A stretch of DNA of 63,264 nt, filler included, from Choristocarpus tenellus KU-1152 (GCA_964200185.2; 6 parts of 6 records of this genome joined end to end with filler, not necessarily neighbours in it), one strand, 5' to 3'; shown: positions 36,952 to 50,251, counted from the whole stretch's first letter. Translations and numbers: made by a program. Notes: a model not told the origin generated them from the letters alone.

Positions 36952-39900
36952 ATGCCTACAAATGTCTCCATTGCACCGATCGAGATTGAGAATTACCACG
37001 GGGAAGGAGACGCCTTACTGGGGTCATCACTCACTGCGTTGGCAAGTCCCACGCTTCGGTCATTGTTGCCAGAGATAAAGATAGACACAACCCGGCTCAC
37101 GGACGTCCTCAAGGGAATCCAATTTCGTATACAAACTCTAGAGACTTCGTTCAGCAAAGTCGCAACGTCCGCTGCAGAAGCAGCACACAAGGTGGGCTGT
37201 CAATGGTCTGAAAGGTCTGGTGTAGTTACTCCACGTTCTGAATTTTCAGTTTCAGCCAGTCTTCCAACATTGTCGGTCACGACATTTCCTTGCATTGCCA
37301 CATACATGCTCATCGTTTCTGACACCCCCGCCTTCTATGTGCACAGGTGGTATTGGCATCAACACCAATACATACTCCCCCTCTCTCACCTAACAGGTCT
37401 ACAGCATCATCTCCGCATTTGCTATCACCTTATCCTGAGACCAGACCCTTAGCTGACAGATTGCCCAAGGCAATAAATAAAGGTGCGATGGCCTCTAAGA
37501 GGTGAATCCACAAACACTGAGGCATTCCAAAACGTTATTTTCAGGTTTTCATTTGTCAAGTGCCCAAATCTATCTCTCTGTTGTCCTGCACTGTTTATTT
37601 ACCTACAATACTCTCGTTCGGGTTTGGTTCTCAGCTGTATCTCAATGTCATTGCGTATGATGTAGTGTTGGCAAGATTGATATTGAGAACGAAACCTGTA
37701 TTCCAACGCCTGAAGAAAATTATTGCGTTAGGTCAGAGAGCAGCGAACTCGGTAAGGTGCAACCCACTGCACAATGATACCCTCCCCTGTCGCCATGCCT
37801 TGATTATCCCAAGCATAGAAGTTATATCTTACAAGGTCTTTGACCACATCATCAGAGGGAGTCTCGACAGATGACAAAACTGGTACAGCCAACAATCCAC
37901 CAAGGTCGTCCTCGGAGAATCAGGTACAGGCTCTGTGGGATGTAGTGAAACGTATAGAGGACAGACTGGAAGCCTTCAGTACTCAGCAAAGAGGCGAGAG
38001 AGAGGAGGCAGTCCGATTAGCAGCCTTGGATCGGGCACAGGTTAGTTTTGTCTTTTGTGCAATAGAAAGGAGGCAGAGATCCATCATGCAGGAAAGGTGT
38101 ACGACCCGACAGAGTCCAGCAACAATACGATGGACCGAGGGTAGCACCAAATTTACTGTTTTGTGCTGTTAGATTATTTTGTAGGCAACCAGCCGTAACC
38201 TACAAGTATCAATACATGTTAGGTCTGCTTGTTGGGTCTGTGCTGACCTTCCTTCCAATTAATGCTATTCCTGGGGTGTTGTGACATTCTGAATGCTGAG
38301 TCAATGATCAACCCTATGAGTGAAAGCATCTTAGAGGGTACAAGTTTTGCCCTGATTTTCCGTTTGGGTCTTGGCTTCCCACGGGATTTTATATGACATT
38401 TTACCTACTCTGAAATGTTTCAGAGTAGGCAAAATATGTATGTTATGAAGAGGTGTGTCCTAAACAAGGATATTGACACTTCCTAACAAAAACGATAGTC
38501 AAAATTACATCCAAATCGCAACATTGGATTTCGACAACCAAACAGACGCGGCTCTACCCTCTAAGATATTTTTGACTCCTATAGGTGAAAGTAAAGGGCT
38601 ATAATGTAGGTTCAACGTTTGAGAAGCACAATGAGGTAAAGCTGTCGGTGTAGCCAAGGGTACAATGATGTAATTTTTAGCAGTGAAACATATTCCTAGG
38701 AATTGGACTACATAACAATTCAATGCTAGCATCACTTCATATACTGCATAGTCTGTTGAGCTCACTCTGAGCATACAGGGAAGGTCAAACCATGCTAGCA
38801 GGGTAGTTGTCCAATTGGAGGATGGTGCAGCAAGTCCCTGAGCATTTCGTTTGAAGCCTTAAGCTTTGTACAATTCTACAAAACACATGAGTGTGCAAAT
38901 TATAGACTGTTGCTTCCCCTCCCTTTGAGTCAAGAATATATTTGCCACTTCACCAACGAAATTATCCCTTGGTGCTGACACAGAAACCTTCAATATTGGT
39001 ATTAACTGTTGAGGGCTGTTATGGTATCCAAGGGAGCAAGAAGCAACATTATCTTGCACTGTATTTTAAAGGCTGTCCTAAAAAGGGAAGCCACTATGAT
39101 ACCAGCAGCATACAGTACTCCGATTTAGTTCTAATGGTAGTGCGGGCACGGTCACACAGGACGAAGTGGTGAAGATGGAGCTGGAACGCCTCAAGAGGAG
39201 ACTGGACGACAAGCCTACCAGATCCGAGCTTCAGGCCTTCTCTGAATTGCAGGAAGGGCGTTTGAAAGTGATAGAGGGGGAGTTAAATAAAAATATGTCC
39301 AAGAATGCAGGACAAATACAGGTGTGATCCTCAATCATCGACCTATTATTGTACTGCCTTATCAGAGACTAGAAAATGTCACACATGCTGGATGAGAAGG
39401 TAGGGAACCAACTGAGAGCACATATCATAGAGTTACTGGCCCTGGTTATGGCTCAATGTCATCAATTTGCTTCTATTTCCGAAACTGGTTCATCAACACA
39501 CTTCTCATAAATATATACATAAGTTTGCAGTATAGGTATACATATGTTGAAAATATGATGTCATGGGCTCTGGAGACACACTTCCAATACTACAACCCGG
39601 ATGTGTTCCAAAAAAATGCAACATATTTTATCATGTGCTGGAGCAGAAAAATACTTCTAGGTATAGGATTTTCATTGTTTAATGAGCACACCAAGATACT
39701 TCAAACTCTGGAGTACCTAATGGTAGAACGGATAAAACATGACAAACGATATATTTCCAGGAGGGTCTACACAAGAAGATGGATCTCTTGCAAAATGATG
39801 TCTCCTCCTTCCAATCACGCCTGGGCAATTCTTTACGTGATCTAACTGGCAGGTGATTATTGGCTACAATAAGATTTTTGGGAGCCAGTTGGTCCCCTCT

Positions 39901-42900
39901 CCGGCCCCCCTCCACTATGCTACTGACAATGTCTAGACATTAATGTATAGATACAACAAGGGTCGTTTTTTCCTTATCCACATGTAACCTATCCAGAATG
40001 AAGCACACCTGTGGTGGTGGATGGTGACTAAAGTGGACTCAAAAGTAGGAGGAACCTCTCCAATGGTTTTTGTAAAGTTTGACCAGGAGGGGATTTCGTG
40101 TGAAATGAAAACTGTAGACCATCAGAACCTCATGTGTTTTGCGATGAGCCCCCCCCCAAAATGAGAGATAACAGTACTCGGGTAGATAAGCCAAGCAACT
40201 TGTCAGGACCTAACTATTCCAGAGTATTTAGTACCGTTCCATGATGAATAGAATGCAAACAATGAACTCCGACAACACCTTCTTTTCAACAAAATTTCGA
40301 GACTAGAGTACTACTTTATGCTCTTGAACTAACCCCACAACCCACTATTTGTCAGAGTTGTGTCTGTCGAAAGAGATCTGGAGGCACTAGGGTCAGACTA
40401 CTGCAGCAGCACCACCACCACCAAACCGGGGGAGGCAGAAGGTTGGGAGTATAACAGGCTGGTGCAGCCAGAGCAATGGGAGGGTTCAGTGAAGGATGTG
40501 AGTGTCGATGGGTATTGCATAAATGGTGAGTTGATTTGCACACACTCATATAGCAGGGGGCTAGGGCATGGGAAGGAGGGTGGAAATGGGAAGAGGGTGA
40601 ATGCTTGGGCAAGAATTTATCTTTTTCAGGAAGGGGTGAGCGATTATCAACAGCCTATTCTCACTTGGTTCTAATATACATGTGCAAGGCAGTCAAAACT
40701 CCTGCACCAAGTTGCAGGATCAAGCTATTTATTTTTTCTTCTGCTTGAGTTTACATCCACCTTGTGTCAAAGATTCTAGGTCACAGACGAATCCATGCGT
40801 GGCATGGTGTGCAGGGTTGGAAGGAATTAATTACAAAAAAGTTAATGTGAGTATCAAACACTAAGAAAGATATGCAGTGTGATGGCTTGAAGGGGCCCTG
40901 TGACATTGGCTTGGTGCTGCAGTAGAGCCCTCTTCGTTTCTCGCTAAAAGAAAGGGGTTGATTGGTGTAAATACATGTCTTTAAATGGGGGTTGTTGGGT
41001 AGTTCTGTAACTTGCTTTCGTCTACGGAGTGCTCGGCACCCCCTCTACTACTCAATCTCCATGGATCCCTGAGTTTTCACATCCTCACAGCTATCACCAA
41101 AACCTCAATACCAGCTGTAACGCCTAGCTGTAGTAAAGTAAACCACAAACTTAATTATGAACAAGAACATCATCAAAGACTTATAGAGCATTCACATTCT
41201 CATCCCTCTTGCATGTTGCTGACCAGCTTGCCCTCCAATCTGTTTGGAAATCACTGATGAATTAGGTTGCCTTGGCAGCTGCCTCCTCTACTGCTGATCT
41301 TTGCGAGATGCTTCAGGTTAAAGCTATTCTTGTTCCTGATGCCAATCCAGCAACAACTGAGAGTGGGAGCAGTGGTGATGATAGTGTGCCATCGACAGGG
41401 TCATCAGCATCGCCTCCGTACAGAAGGGAGAGGTGACTCCAAACTATACTTCCTGTGTCTAGAATGTGGTGTTGGTCTCGTTTTCTAGGGGGGCATGGTA
41501 CAATCGGCAAGACCCGGGTGAATACAACCTTTCAGGGAGAGACTTGACTCTATGACACAGGAAAAGAGGGAGACGCTCACCAGAAAGCAAGGGAGGTGCT
41601 GTGGGATGCTTTGTTGTGGCGATCTATCGCTTCTTCACATCGTGGAAATTTCTTAGTATCTCTTGAAGATTCAAGAGGCAATTTCTCATTCACAGCTTTC
41701 CCACATTTTCCTCTTGAAGATCATCCATTGCCTTCTTGTAGCAATGACTCGCACCTTGGTATCAGACTGTGCTCTTAAGAAATTTCAACTCCACACGTAC
41801 AGACCATTAGAGGGTCAATGCTAACAGGTGATATGACTGCACTCAACTGTTCCCCCAGGGCCCCGTCAATAGTGGTTCAGAACGTCCGGAAGCAGAGGAA
41901 GGAAGACATCGATCGTCTCGAACACTGCCAGGTACAGTACAACGCAAATGCCGCGAGCTCTGTTGCATTCCCAGACCACGTCACGCACAAGGAGCTCTTG
42001 GTAGAGGACCTTTAGTAGAAAAAAGAAGCCAAGTGTATAGTGCCCATGGAAAGGACAAAGGCTCAAAGTATCTGGGGGGGAGGGAGGTCTACACCAGGGT
42101 GTCAATTTGGGCCCTGACCAGGAAAAGTGAACTTACATTATCCATCCGACACATGTTACCAAATCACACAAAAATTGCGACATGGAACAATGGACCCCAA
42201 ATGGACAGCCACCACCACCCCTCCTGATACCTTGAGCCAAATGACCCACTTCAGAAGGTTGGGCAGCGTGAGATCATGTTGACGTAGGAAATAACCAGGG
42301 GCGAGGTAGATGCAAAGAAGTTTTTTTTTAGCGTATGCATATAGATAGGAACGACCTCTCAGTTTGTTTTTATAAACATTTCAAGCAATCATTTCACAGC
42401 TGAAGTACGTTATATTATGTGTTTTTAAACCACTTTCAGTCGCAGAGCACTACTATAGCACTTCAGAGTTTGCATCAGATGACACCAGTACACAACGTCA
42501 AAATCAAGTTTGTTTTGAGCACCACTTCTTCATTGACCACCAAAGGCGGCCTTCCCAACGACACCATGAATACAGCCTCACGCTCAGTCAGTGTTTACAA
42601 CCGACCAATCAGAATGGTTCACCAACCAACAAGAGAGAGGGTAACGCAGGAGAACCTGGGACTACAGCTTCTTTTTTTTATTTTTCCTCGGCTGGTGATT
42701 TTTTTCTTCCCTTACGGATTGGACACTATCACGACAAAATTTCATTAAATAATATAAAATATACAGTTCACAGTTGTTTGCCAATATGGAGGTAGGAGTC
42801 TTGTTGAGTTCAGTTACATTTCGATAGGTTCTGTTCCCAGTGACTAGGAATCGTCTCGGATACACATTGTGGTGTCTTTCCTATCAAGCAGGAGGCCGAC

Positions 42901-43435
42901 CACTTGTTCGGTTTTTATGTTATCGAAAGAAAGATTAAGTAGTCAAAATATGACAAAGCACTAGAAACTCAAGGTGAAGTCCTGAAGATTGTTTTCAAAT
43001 ATATTGAGGACATCAGAATTCGGCCTCTTTTTTTCTATGGGGGTAGGGAAGGTATAGATCATGCCCCCTGACACTGCCTTTTGTCTTGGATGGTCTTGTT
43101 CTCACTCTCTGTTGGTTGTGGTGTGCCTTGAATCAATGCACTAGCACACACACACACATTCACGTACACATTGCATAGGCACTTGTTCATACCTTCAGAT
43201 CAACGAACACCAAATAAGGATGCTTAATATTACAATAGGCCTGAAGCCCTTCATCTGGATTATGATAATTTCTCACAAGCTCCTCCCTTCTTCAGGCCCA
43301 GGTGGCAGCTTTGGGTAAGCATCTCTCTAAAGAGGTCAAGGCACTCAAGGAGGAAAACAGGGCAATTTTCATGCGCATCGAAGAAGAAGAGCTACAAAGG
43401 GATGAGCTGTTTAAGGAGGTCAGTAGGGGTACGTT

Positions 43436-43494
<59 letters not shown>

Positions 43495-46180
43495 GGGATG
43501 TGGGGGAAGTTTAGGAGGAATTCTAGGTATGGAGTGAAGAAAAGGAAACCATGCTATGAGGTCAGCTTCCGGATCACTTCAATCTTTAGATGTTGGGTTA
43601 AGTGATGGCTTGGAAAGCAGGGCAAACTTACTTTGGGTAAAGAATAGGAAAAGCAAGTACAGAACAAAAACTTAATTGTGAGGTTTGAATGTGACATGAT
43701 GTTTACTTTACAGGGGAAGAAGCAGATCAGATCCCACCCTACCTAGTTGGGGAGGGTGCGTCATCAGAGACACACGTTACATATTTTTTAAATAATGGTT
43801 TCGTTTACAACCGAGTGAACTTTGCCCTTGATTTCTACTTTTGATATATACCCTAAAGTATTTTCCAATACCTGAGAAATTTTTGTACTTGATTTGTACT
43901 TATACGGCAACAGTGTGTCCAATACATTGTCTCAATGAATCTCGGGGCGTTCACGAGTGAATCTCTTGTCAGACTCTTCAGAGTAGCTTGAGGTACACTT
44001 ATCATCATTCTGTCGACCCTACTTTAGCAGATCCTTTCTGGTCACCTCACGTCGTTGGGTGAGTGTTCTGATCTCAAAGAGAGTTACCATGCCTCCACCT
44101 TCGCAAGTGGGATCAAGATTGAGGGGGTATTCTATAGGCACATCACATTCAGTGCAGTTCTAAGGGGGAACACTCAACACTACATGCTGTATGTCTTGGA
44201 CATTTCGATCTTTTTAGTGTTGAATAATCTTAGTATTAGGTCTACTTGTGTGTGGGACCCTTAACTACTGTTATTTCATTTCACCTTTAAAAAAAGGTGA
44301 CTGACGAGGCCTTTGTAGCACGGGAGGCGGCAGAAGCTAGGGAGTTTAAGCTGAGAGGGGAGATAGAAAGTCAGTTTGAAGAGTTTCAGGTGAGTGTGCA
44401 CATGCTACTAGCGGAACAATGATGTTGATGAGTTGGTGAGGGGTGGGGTAGGGGTTAAGGACAACCTGATATAGAGTCAGGGATTTGTGGTGAATATATC
44501 TTAGTGTGATAGTAGGCATGGGGTCAGACTGGGTCTTGCATCAGGCAAACTAAGGTATCGGAACATGCTACAAGACTGTCAGTAGATGAACATCCACCCC
44601 TTGCAAAGACTCAGAGATGCCGAGGATGGACCAAAGCAGTTGTGGTCATTATCAAAATATTTAGTTTTATCAGAGTCTCTATTTATCGACCCAACTTGAA
44701 TGAAATGCTGAGATCCAGACATTCACATCCTGGAATCTTCCATCCTGTTCGCAAAGATTGGGGTAATCAATCACAGTGCCCAAACCACTACAACCTCCCC
44801 TTATATCGCCCTCAAACCAATTCATACCTGTATGTTGGTTTAATCAGATCCTCAAGAAAGATCAGGGTCCGGATCTCACAATAGAGGAAATGAAGGAAGT
44901 CCTTGGCAGCAGTGACATACTGTGTGAGATGTCGGCCAAGGTATTGCGTATGGTTTGGTTTAAATATGTGTGATGACACAGTTTAGGGCTCTGGTCCGGG
45001 GCAAGTATGTGCCAACCAAGTGTTGGATTGTGCTTCCGTTTCGTTCTCTTTCATGCCTGATCCAGATCGGGGTTCAAGACTAGGGCATGGAGTTGGGAAG
45101 GTGGTGCTAATGTTGATATATTTGTGTGGAATGATTGAGACCAGTGAAGGGGGAAGGGTGATATTTGGAAAGAACAGGGAGTTAGCGTGGGATGTTGACA
45201 ATGTTTGTACCAAGGAGTTATGCTGGGGTGGGCATGGTCATAGCGTTGAGATACCTACAAGCAGTTGCACAGACCTCAACAGTCATGACTATCGACTAGC
45301 AGTGTGCTTGCCTAAATCTGTGACGAGATTCTCTTTCCAGTCTACCACCTGCGTGGAAAGTTCCTAACTTTCTGTCCCACCAATCAACCATTGCCCTTTA
45401 TGCAGCTCCTGGCTATTCCTGCTTGCTCTTCTCCATTGTCTCTTTCCTCTCTGCCCATAATTCGAATCTGTTTGTAGCACTTGCTTGACTTACCTACTGA
45501 GCTCACATGAAAGTCACACCTATTGAAAAAACAGCGTATATGCTCTTTCTTGCTTGGTCATGCTCTTGCCGCAGATTGCAGCCCTGCAAAGCGCACTCTC
45601 CAGTCTGACAGACACAGTTGGCGATGAGCAGGGACAAGCAAGGCAGGTGGAAGAGTCGTTTGCCAGGGATCTTGAAGACATTGAGCGGCGTCTGTTGGGC
45701 AAGGCACAAGGTTGGGAACTTGCTCAAGGGATAGCCCATCGGGAGGTAACCACCAGATCCTTCTAAGGAGTTTGATTCTGGAGCACTACATAGACCTCTG
45801 CAGTCCTTTGCTTGTCTCCACTATGTTAAATGGGAAGTACTGAGAAGTGGATAAAACCAAAGTAGAAACCACACTTTATGTTCACATGGGTACATGATAT
45901 TAGAACATGAACGACGAGACACTGGTAAAAGTCTCTCCCTTGTTGCTACTGAGTAATTCATGCCTGAAGTCATGCCTAAGTCCGTGCTTCGCCAAGCCCA
46001 GTAGTTTACTCATCCTTTTCCCCTACTCCTAACATCCAATAATCACCCCCCTTTCAGCTCCAGGATGATGTTCGGAAGCTGGAGGTAGAGAAGGCAGATG
46101 TTGATGCAGTGAAGGAGAGCGCTCAGGAATTGTTGACAATGCTTGCCAGGATGGAGAACGCGGAGCTTGAAAGGCAAAGG
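36952..46180 (+). CDS. Uncharacterised coiled-coil protein, 3' end not reached
   Basis: Exons 36952-37191 (ATG), 37347-37482, about 37819/37871-38040 (acceptor uncertain), 39160-39321, 43296-43418, 44297-44389, 44848-44940, 45575-45745, 46058-46180. Mostly symmetric phase-0 GT-AG exons with heptad-rich sequence, e.g. ELERLKRRLDDKPTRSEL and LQDDVRKLEVEKADVDAV. Confidence 0.75.
38318..38578 (+). mobile_element. MITE family A, full-length (~260 bp), GAG...CTC ends with CTAT TSD (Sola2-like)
   Basis: TIRs GAGTGAAAGCATCTTAGAGGGTA and TACCCTCTAAGATATTTTTGACTC. CTAT flanks both ends (38314-38317, 38579-38582). Confidence 0.85.
39997..42015 (+). pseudogene. Decayed multi-exon gene nested in an intron of the coiled-coil gene
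   Basis: Exon-like blocks with AG/GT borders at 39997-~40165, 40356-40497, 41266-41432, 41489-41595 and 41859-42015. They are phase-linked but carry a stop and frameshifts. Confidence 0.4.
42060..42238 (+). mobile_element. MITE family C (~180 bp) with G/C-tract subterminal regions
   Basis: GGCTCAAAGTATCTGGGGGG...CCCCTCCTGATACCTTGAGCC. The same ends recur at 47296-47316 and 47417-47432. Confidence 0.7.
43441..43492. repeat. (CA)n microsatellite
   Basis: Perfect CA run. Confidence 0.95.
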
Positions 46181-47141
46181 GTATGTTGTGTGCTCTGATT
46201 TCTTCATGCTTCGATATCCTGTGGTAGTGGGGGTAAGAAAACTGGCGATACCGAGTGTCTGAGTATGGAGGCGTGGATGTATGCTTGTTAGTGTGTGTTT
46301 GTTCCACTTTTTTCTACTCCTGAACATTATTGCATTTTTTGTTGTTGGGGTCATGATATGCATATTTACGTTTGACATTATAGCATGCCCAGTGAGCCTC
46401 AGACTTCTACCCTCTAGAGACATTTTCATAGAACTTCAAGTAGTGAATACTGCCAAGAGATGAGAGGACTTGGGTGCTAATGGCTACAAATGTCTTGAGC
46501 TACCTGTGAAAATCAATATATGCCCTAAATTGTTGATCACATTACTATCACCATACCCTCTCCTCTGAGGCATGTCTGTTTCTTCCCGCCCTGTTTGACT
46601 CAAGGCATTCTAGTGTACCCTCAACAGTGTCCATCTGCCCACAAATTTCTTCCTGTTCAACCTCCTGGAACATAAGTCCTCAAAATATGACCTCCAGTAG
46701 TTGTTACAGTTTGCCTTCAAAGGAGAGTAATCAGTTACTTTTATAGGGGTATTTAATTTTGGTCAAGCATGTTTAGCGTGATTATTCTGTTTTAGAGACT
46801 GAGCTTAGATGTGTGGTTCTCTAAACTGCCTCTTGACTTAAAATAGAAACAAGTATCCAGAGTACATGTCAAGTGATCAGGACCTAAATTGGGATTGCCA
46901 ACTGTGCATGTCTACTCTTCAGGTCGAACTTCAATGCTTTTATGTCCAATTGTAGCATTTCCCCAAGTTGTCTGCTCTTCTTCTAACAAGATTCTAGAGG
47001 CATTCAAAGGGTTGATCCAGGGTACACGAAGGTCGTCAAGGCTGATCATTTTGTGTGATACCTAGTACATTTTCATCACCACTCAAAAACATCACTGACA
47101 GCCAAAATATGTAAGTGAATGTATCAAACAGTGGTCTGTTG

Positions 47142-47290
47142 GAGTCAAAGTGAACGAGAGGTACCCAAGTTTTGACTGTTTTGCATCTTATGTCAGTTTT
47201 TCAATCTTTTGCAATTCTCCCATATTTCTATGACCTGAGAATCTTGATTTCTCTGCTGTTTGCCACCTTTCAAGATGGCTTAGAAAATAT
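47142..47290 (+). mobile_element. MITE family B, partial copy followed by a family C end
   Basis: Begins GAGTCAAAGTGAACGAGAGGTACC. Shares GTCAGTTTTTCAATCTTTTGCAA with the reverse complement of ~5191-5215. Confidence 0.75.
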
Positions 47291-47316
47291 CCTATGGGTC
47301 AAAGTATCTGGGGGGG

Positions 47317-47416
47317 NNNNNNNNNNNNNNNNNNNNNNNNNNNNNNNNNNNNNNNNNNNNTTAATTAATTAANNNNNNNNNNNNNNNNNNNNNNNNNNNN
47401 NNNNNNNNNNNNNNNN
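47317..47416. other. Artificial contig-joining spacer
   Basis: Same linker. Confidence 0.97.
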
Positions 47417-47432
47417 CCAGATACTTTGACCC

Positions 47433-47676
47433 CGAGGGTAGAGCCGCATCCACTTGGGGGTCAAAATCCAATGTTGCGATTTTGATGTAATTTTGACTAT
47501 CGTGTTTGTTAGGAAGTATGAATATCTATGTTTCGGACACACCTTTTCATAACATAAATATATTACCTACTCCTAAACATTTTGGAGTAGGAAAACCTAA
47601 TAAAAAAAAGCATGGGAAGCCAAGCCCCAAATGGACAAACAGGGCAAAACTCGTACCCTCTAAGATACTTTCACTC
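47433..47676 (-). mobile_element. MITE family A copy, reverse orientation, one terminus lost
   Basis: Reverse-complement homology to 38318-38560 throughout; ends TACCCTCTAAGATACTTTCACTC. Confidence 0.8.
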
Positions 47677-47678
47677 AG

Positions 47679-47930
47679 GAGTCAAAGTAAACGAGAGGTA
47701 CACAGTTTTTTTTGTCGATTGGCATTCTAAGACAGTTTTTGATCTTTTGCAAATCATCCATGTTTCTATGGATGGAGTGCTGAGTTTGACCTGAGAGGAT
47801 CAATTTTTCCATCCTTTGAAAAATTTCGATACAATTCGGAAAATGTGTGATATGCATTTGCCGAATTTTGCCGAATTTTGATTAATATTTTTAAGATGCT
47901 GCTCTGGGTACCTTTCACTTACTTTGACTC
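47679..47930 (+). mobile_element. MITE family B, full-length
   Basis: TIRs GAGTCAAAGTAAACGAGAGGTAC and GTACCTTTCACTTACTTTGACTC. Homologous to 47142-47290 and, reversed, to 4991-5264. Confidence 0.8.
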
Positions 47931-48399
47931 TGAAGGTGTGTAGTATACTTAAAAAGAGAGGAATATGAGAAGACACAGTGCAAATATTGCAGCTGATGGG
48001 TGACAGGGGGTTGATATTGAAGACATCATCCTCCCTGAGCTATTTGGCAGGAGGCATGGCATGGGTGAAGCCCTGGTTTCTCCTTGACTAATTCTTCCTT
48101 CCTTCGAAGGTGGAATTGAATATCTGGATCTTTCATCGTCTCCCTTTGCTTTGCGGCTCTTCTGCCCAAAGCTTGTTCATGACACAAATTGCATTGTGCT
48201 ATATTTATGGTGTGGTCACCTATCGCTTCAAAACTATTTCCCTTCAGGTGCTGTCCCTTGTGCTATTGTGGAAGAAGTCCCTGCGGACTTTGTGCACACA
48301 CCATTTAGTTAGCGATTGCTTTAGGAACATTTTTCTTTTCCCACATGGGACGATGATTCATATGCTTGTCCTGAATAGATGTGGGATGATATGGAAATC

Positions 48400-50251
48400 T
48401 CAGCTCCTCTCCTTCTCCATTTGCGCCCTTCGCCATGTAGCCCTCTGTGCCACTACATGTGCTGAAGGCTTGACCTGCTTTTCTGGCACATCTTGAGGAA
48501 CACGCCCCTTCCGTTGATATGGAAATTGTACTCATGGTTAGTTTGTCAGATTTACATGGCATGCAGAGAGGACTTCCAATTTCCGAGATATGTTCAAAAC
48601 TGGCACAAGACCTCTCCTGAACCAAGAACATATGGAATTAATGGAATGAAATGTGGCCATGTTAAAATCGTTGGGGGGTGGGGACAGTGTGCCACTGATA
48701 ACAAATAATTGACTGTCTTAGGATGTTGTGATCTGCCACAGATGGTTTATTTCATCATTTGATTTGTCCATTTTTTTTCAAGTTTGGTTTATGTGTGGAT
48801 GAAGGGGAACAATATTTCATGAAACGTTTATACAGGGCCAGGCATTGGCACTACCTCTTTCCATGGAATTTCTTGTGTTATTCATTATTGCACCCTTAGG
48901 AGATAAAACTTTGATAGTGTGGGCTATTACTGTTTTTGTCGATTACTCACCAATGGATGTAGGACTTTAGTGGACCCACGCCAGATACCATCAGAGGCAA
49001 ATGAGCTATACACAGGCTCCAATTCTGTGGGCTGGAAGCGCTGTGGACAGTAAAATGGAGCAAGTTTGCGCGCCACATACACATTTTTCAAGAGGTGTTG
49101 CGATTGGTAAGCTGGCGGTCAGCATATGCCTAGAAACATGACCCTTGAGGTGGGGGAATGCAGACCAATAATCGTTGAAGGAATACGTTTTATAGGTCCA
49201 TTGAACAAGAAGGATGAATGGAGAAAATAGAGTGAGCGACTCAGGGCTACAAGCTAAAGCGCACACTTACTAATTACTCATTTCTACCCCAGAAATATAC
49301 TGTGAAATGGTGCATCACAAGCAGCAATCAAAAGCCGGTCTAAACATCTGTCTAGAGTGGGTACTGCAGCAAGTCACATGAACAAGTGAACAAGTGAACA
49401 AGTGAACAGGGGTCCAGGTCGCAGGGACAGAGCCATCAACGATAGCCAACGAAAAAAAGGTCAAAGGAAAACGAACCTTCAACTTTCCTTGGTCATCAAA
49501 GAGTTCAGGATCTACCTCTCCGTTGATACCCGCTTTCCAAAATATAATGTCTGATGAAAATTTTTTCACAGTTTTTTTAACTCCTGTGTATCCCTCGGAG
49601 TCAATGGGTGGGGGTTCCCTGCTAGATATCTTGCCCGTAAGTGGCCCCGCCTCGCTCTTCAGGGGTACCTGAAATTAAGTTGTACAGATGGTGGGAGTAC
49701 CTGTAGCTTGGAATTGGTGTGTTTGCTCGAAGTATTTTCTTATGGGCAATGGTGCAATTATAGTTACCACATGATGATGTCTTAAACTCTTCTCCGACGT
49801 TGAATTGGGATGGCGCTGAGCGACAATCAAAGGTGATCTTGACTCTCACCTCATGAGTACTGAATGGGTCAGGTTTATCGGCTGCGCAACATTTGTCTCT
49901 GTTCTTTAGATATCGGTCCAGCTTTGGGGACCTGTGATGAGTACAAAGACGAATATTTATCGACCAGGAGATTGGCATTGCGTAAAGAGTGACTCCGCGT
50001 AAGTTAAAAGCGGAAAGGGAAAATATCATACTGCACCTTTCTCTTCTTTCAAGCAGTGCATCTTCTCTATAGTCCTCTCTTAGACGCCACCAGTCGCCGT
50101 TGTCTCGACCAAACTTTGGAAGCTCAACACCATCCATATCCTGTTTTATTGTCGTGGATGCACTACGGGTTTCCCTTCGCCGACTTTCCAGTATCTCAGC
50201 TCTAGTGCGTGACCTCGTATCAGCCTCTATACCTGAAACAAATCTTGACAT
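48400..50251 (-). CDS. Hypothetical protein, about 228 aa
   Basis: Exons (minus strand) 50037-50251, 49850-49931, 49477-49668, 48951-49040, 48400-48507 (TGA), all phases consistent (687 nt). The start codon and last exon are less certain. Confidence 0.6.

Noticed and set aside
39400-39860. Possible LINE endonuclease remnant (DIILQEIHL) on the minus strand
   Set aside because: Too degenerate to call without a search.
46850-47100. Possible Ty1/copia RNase H remnant (HKSIEVR) on the minus strand
   Set aside because: A single short motif among stop codons; not supportable.
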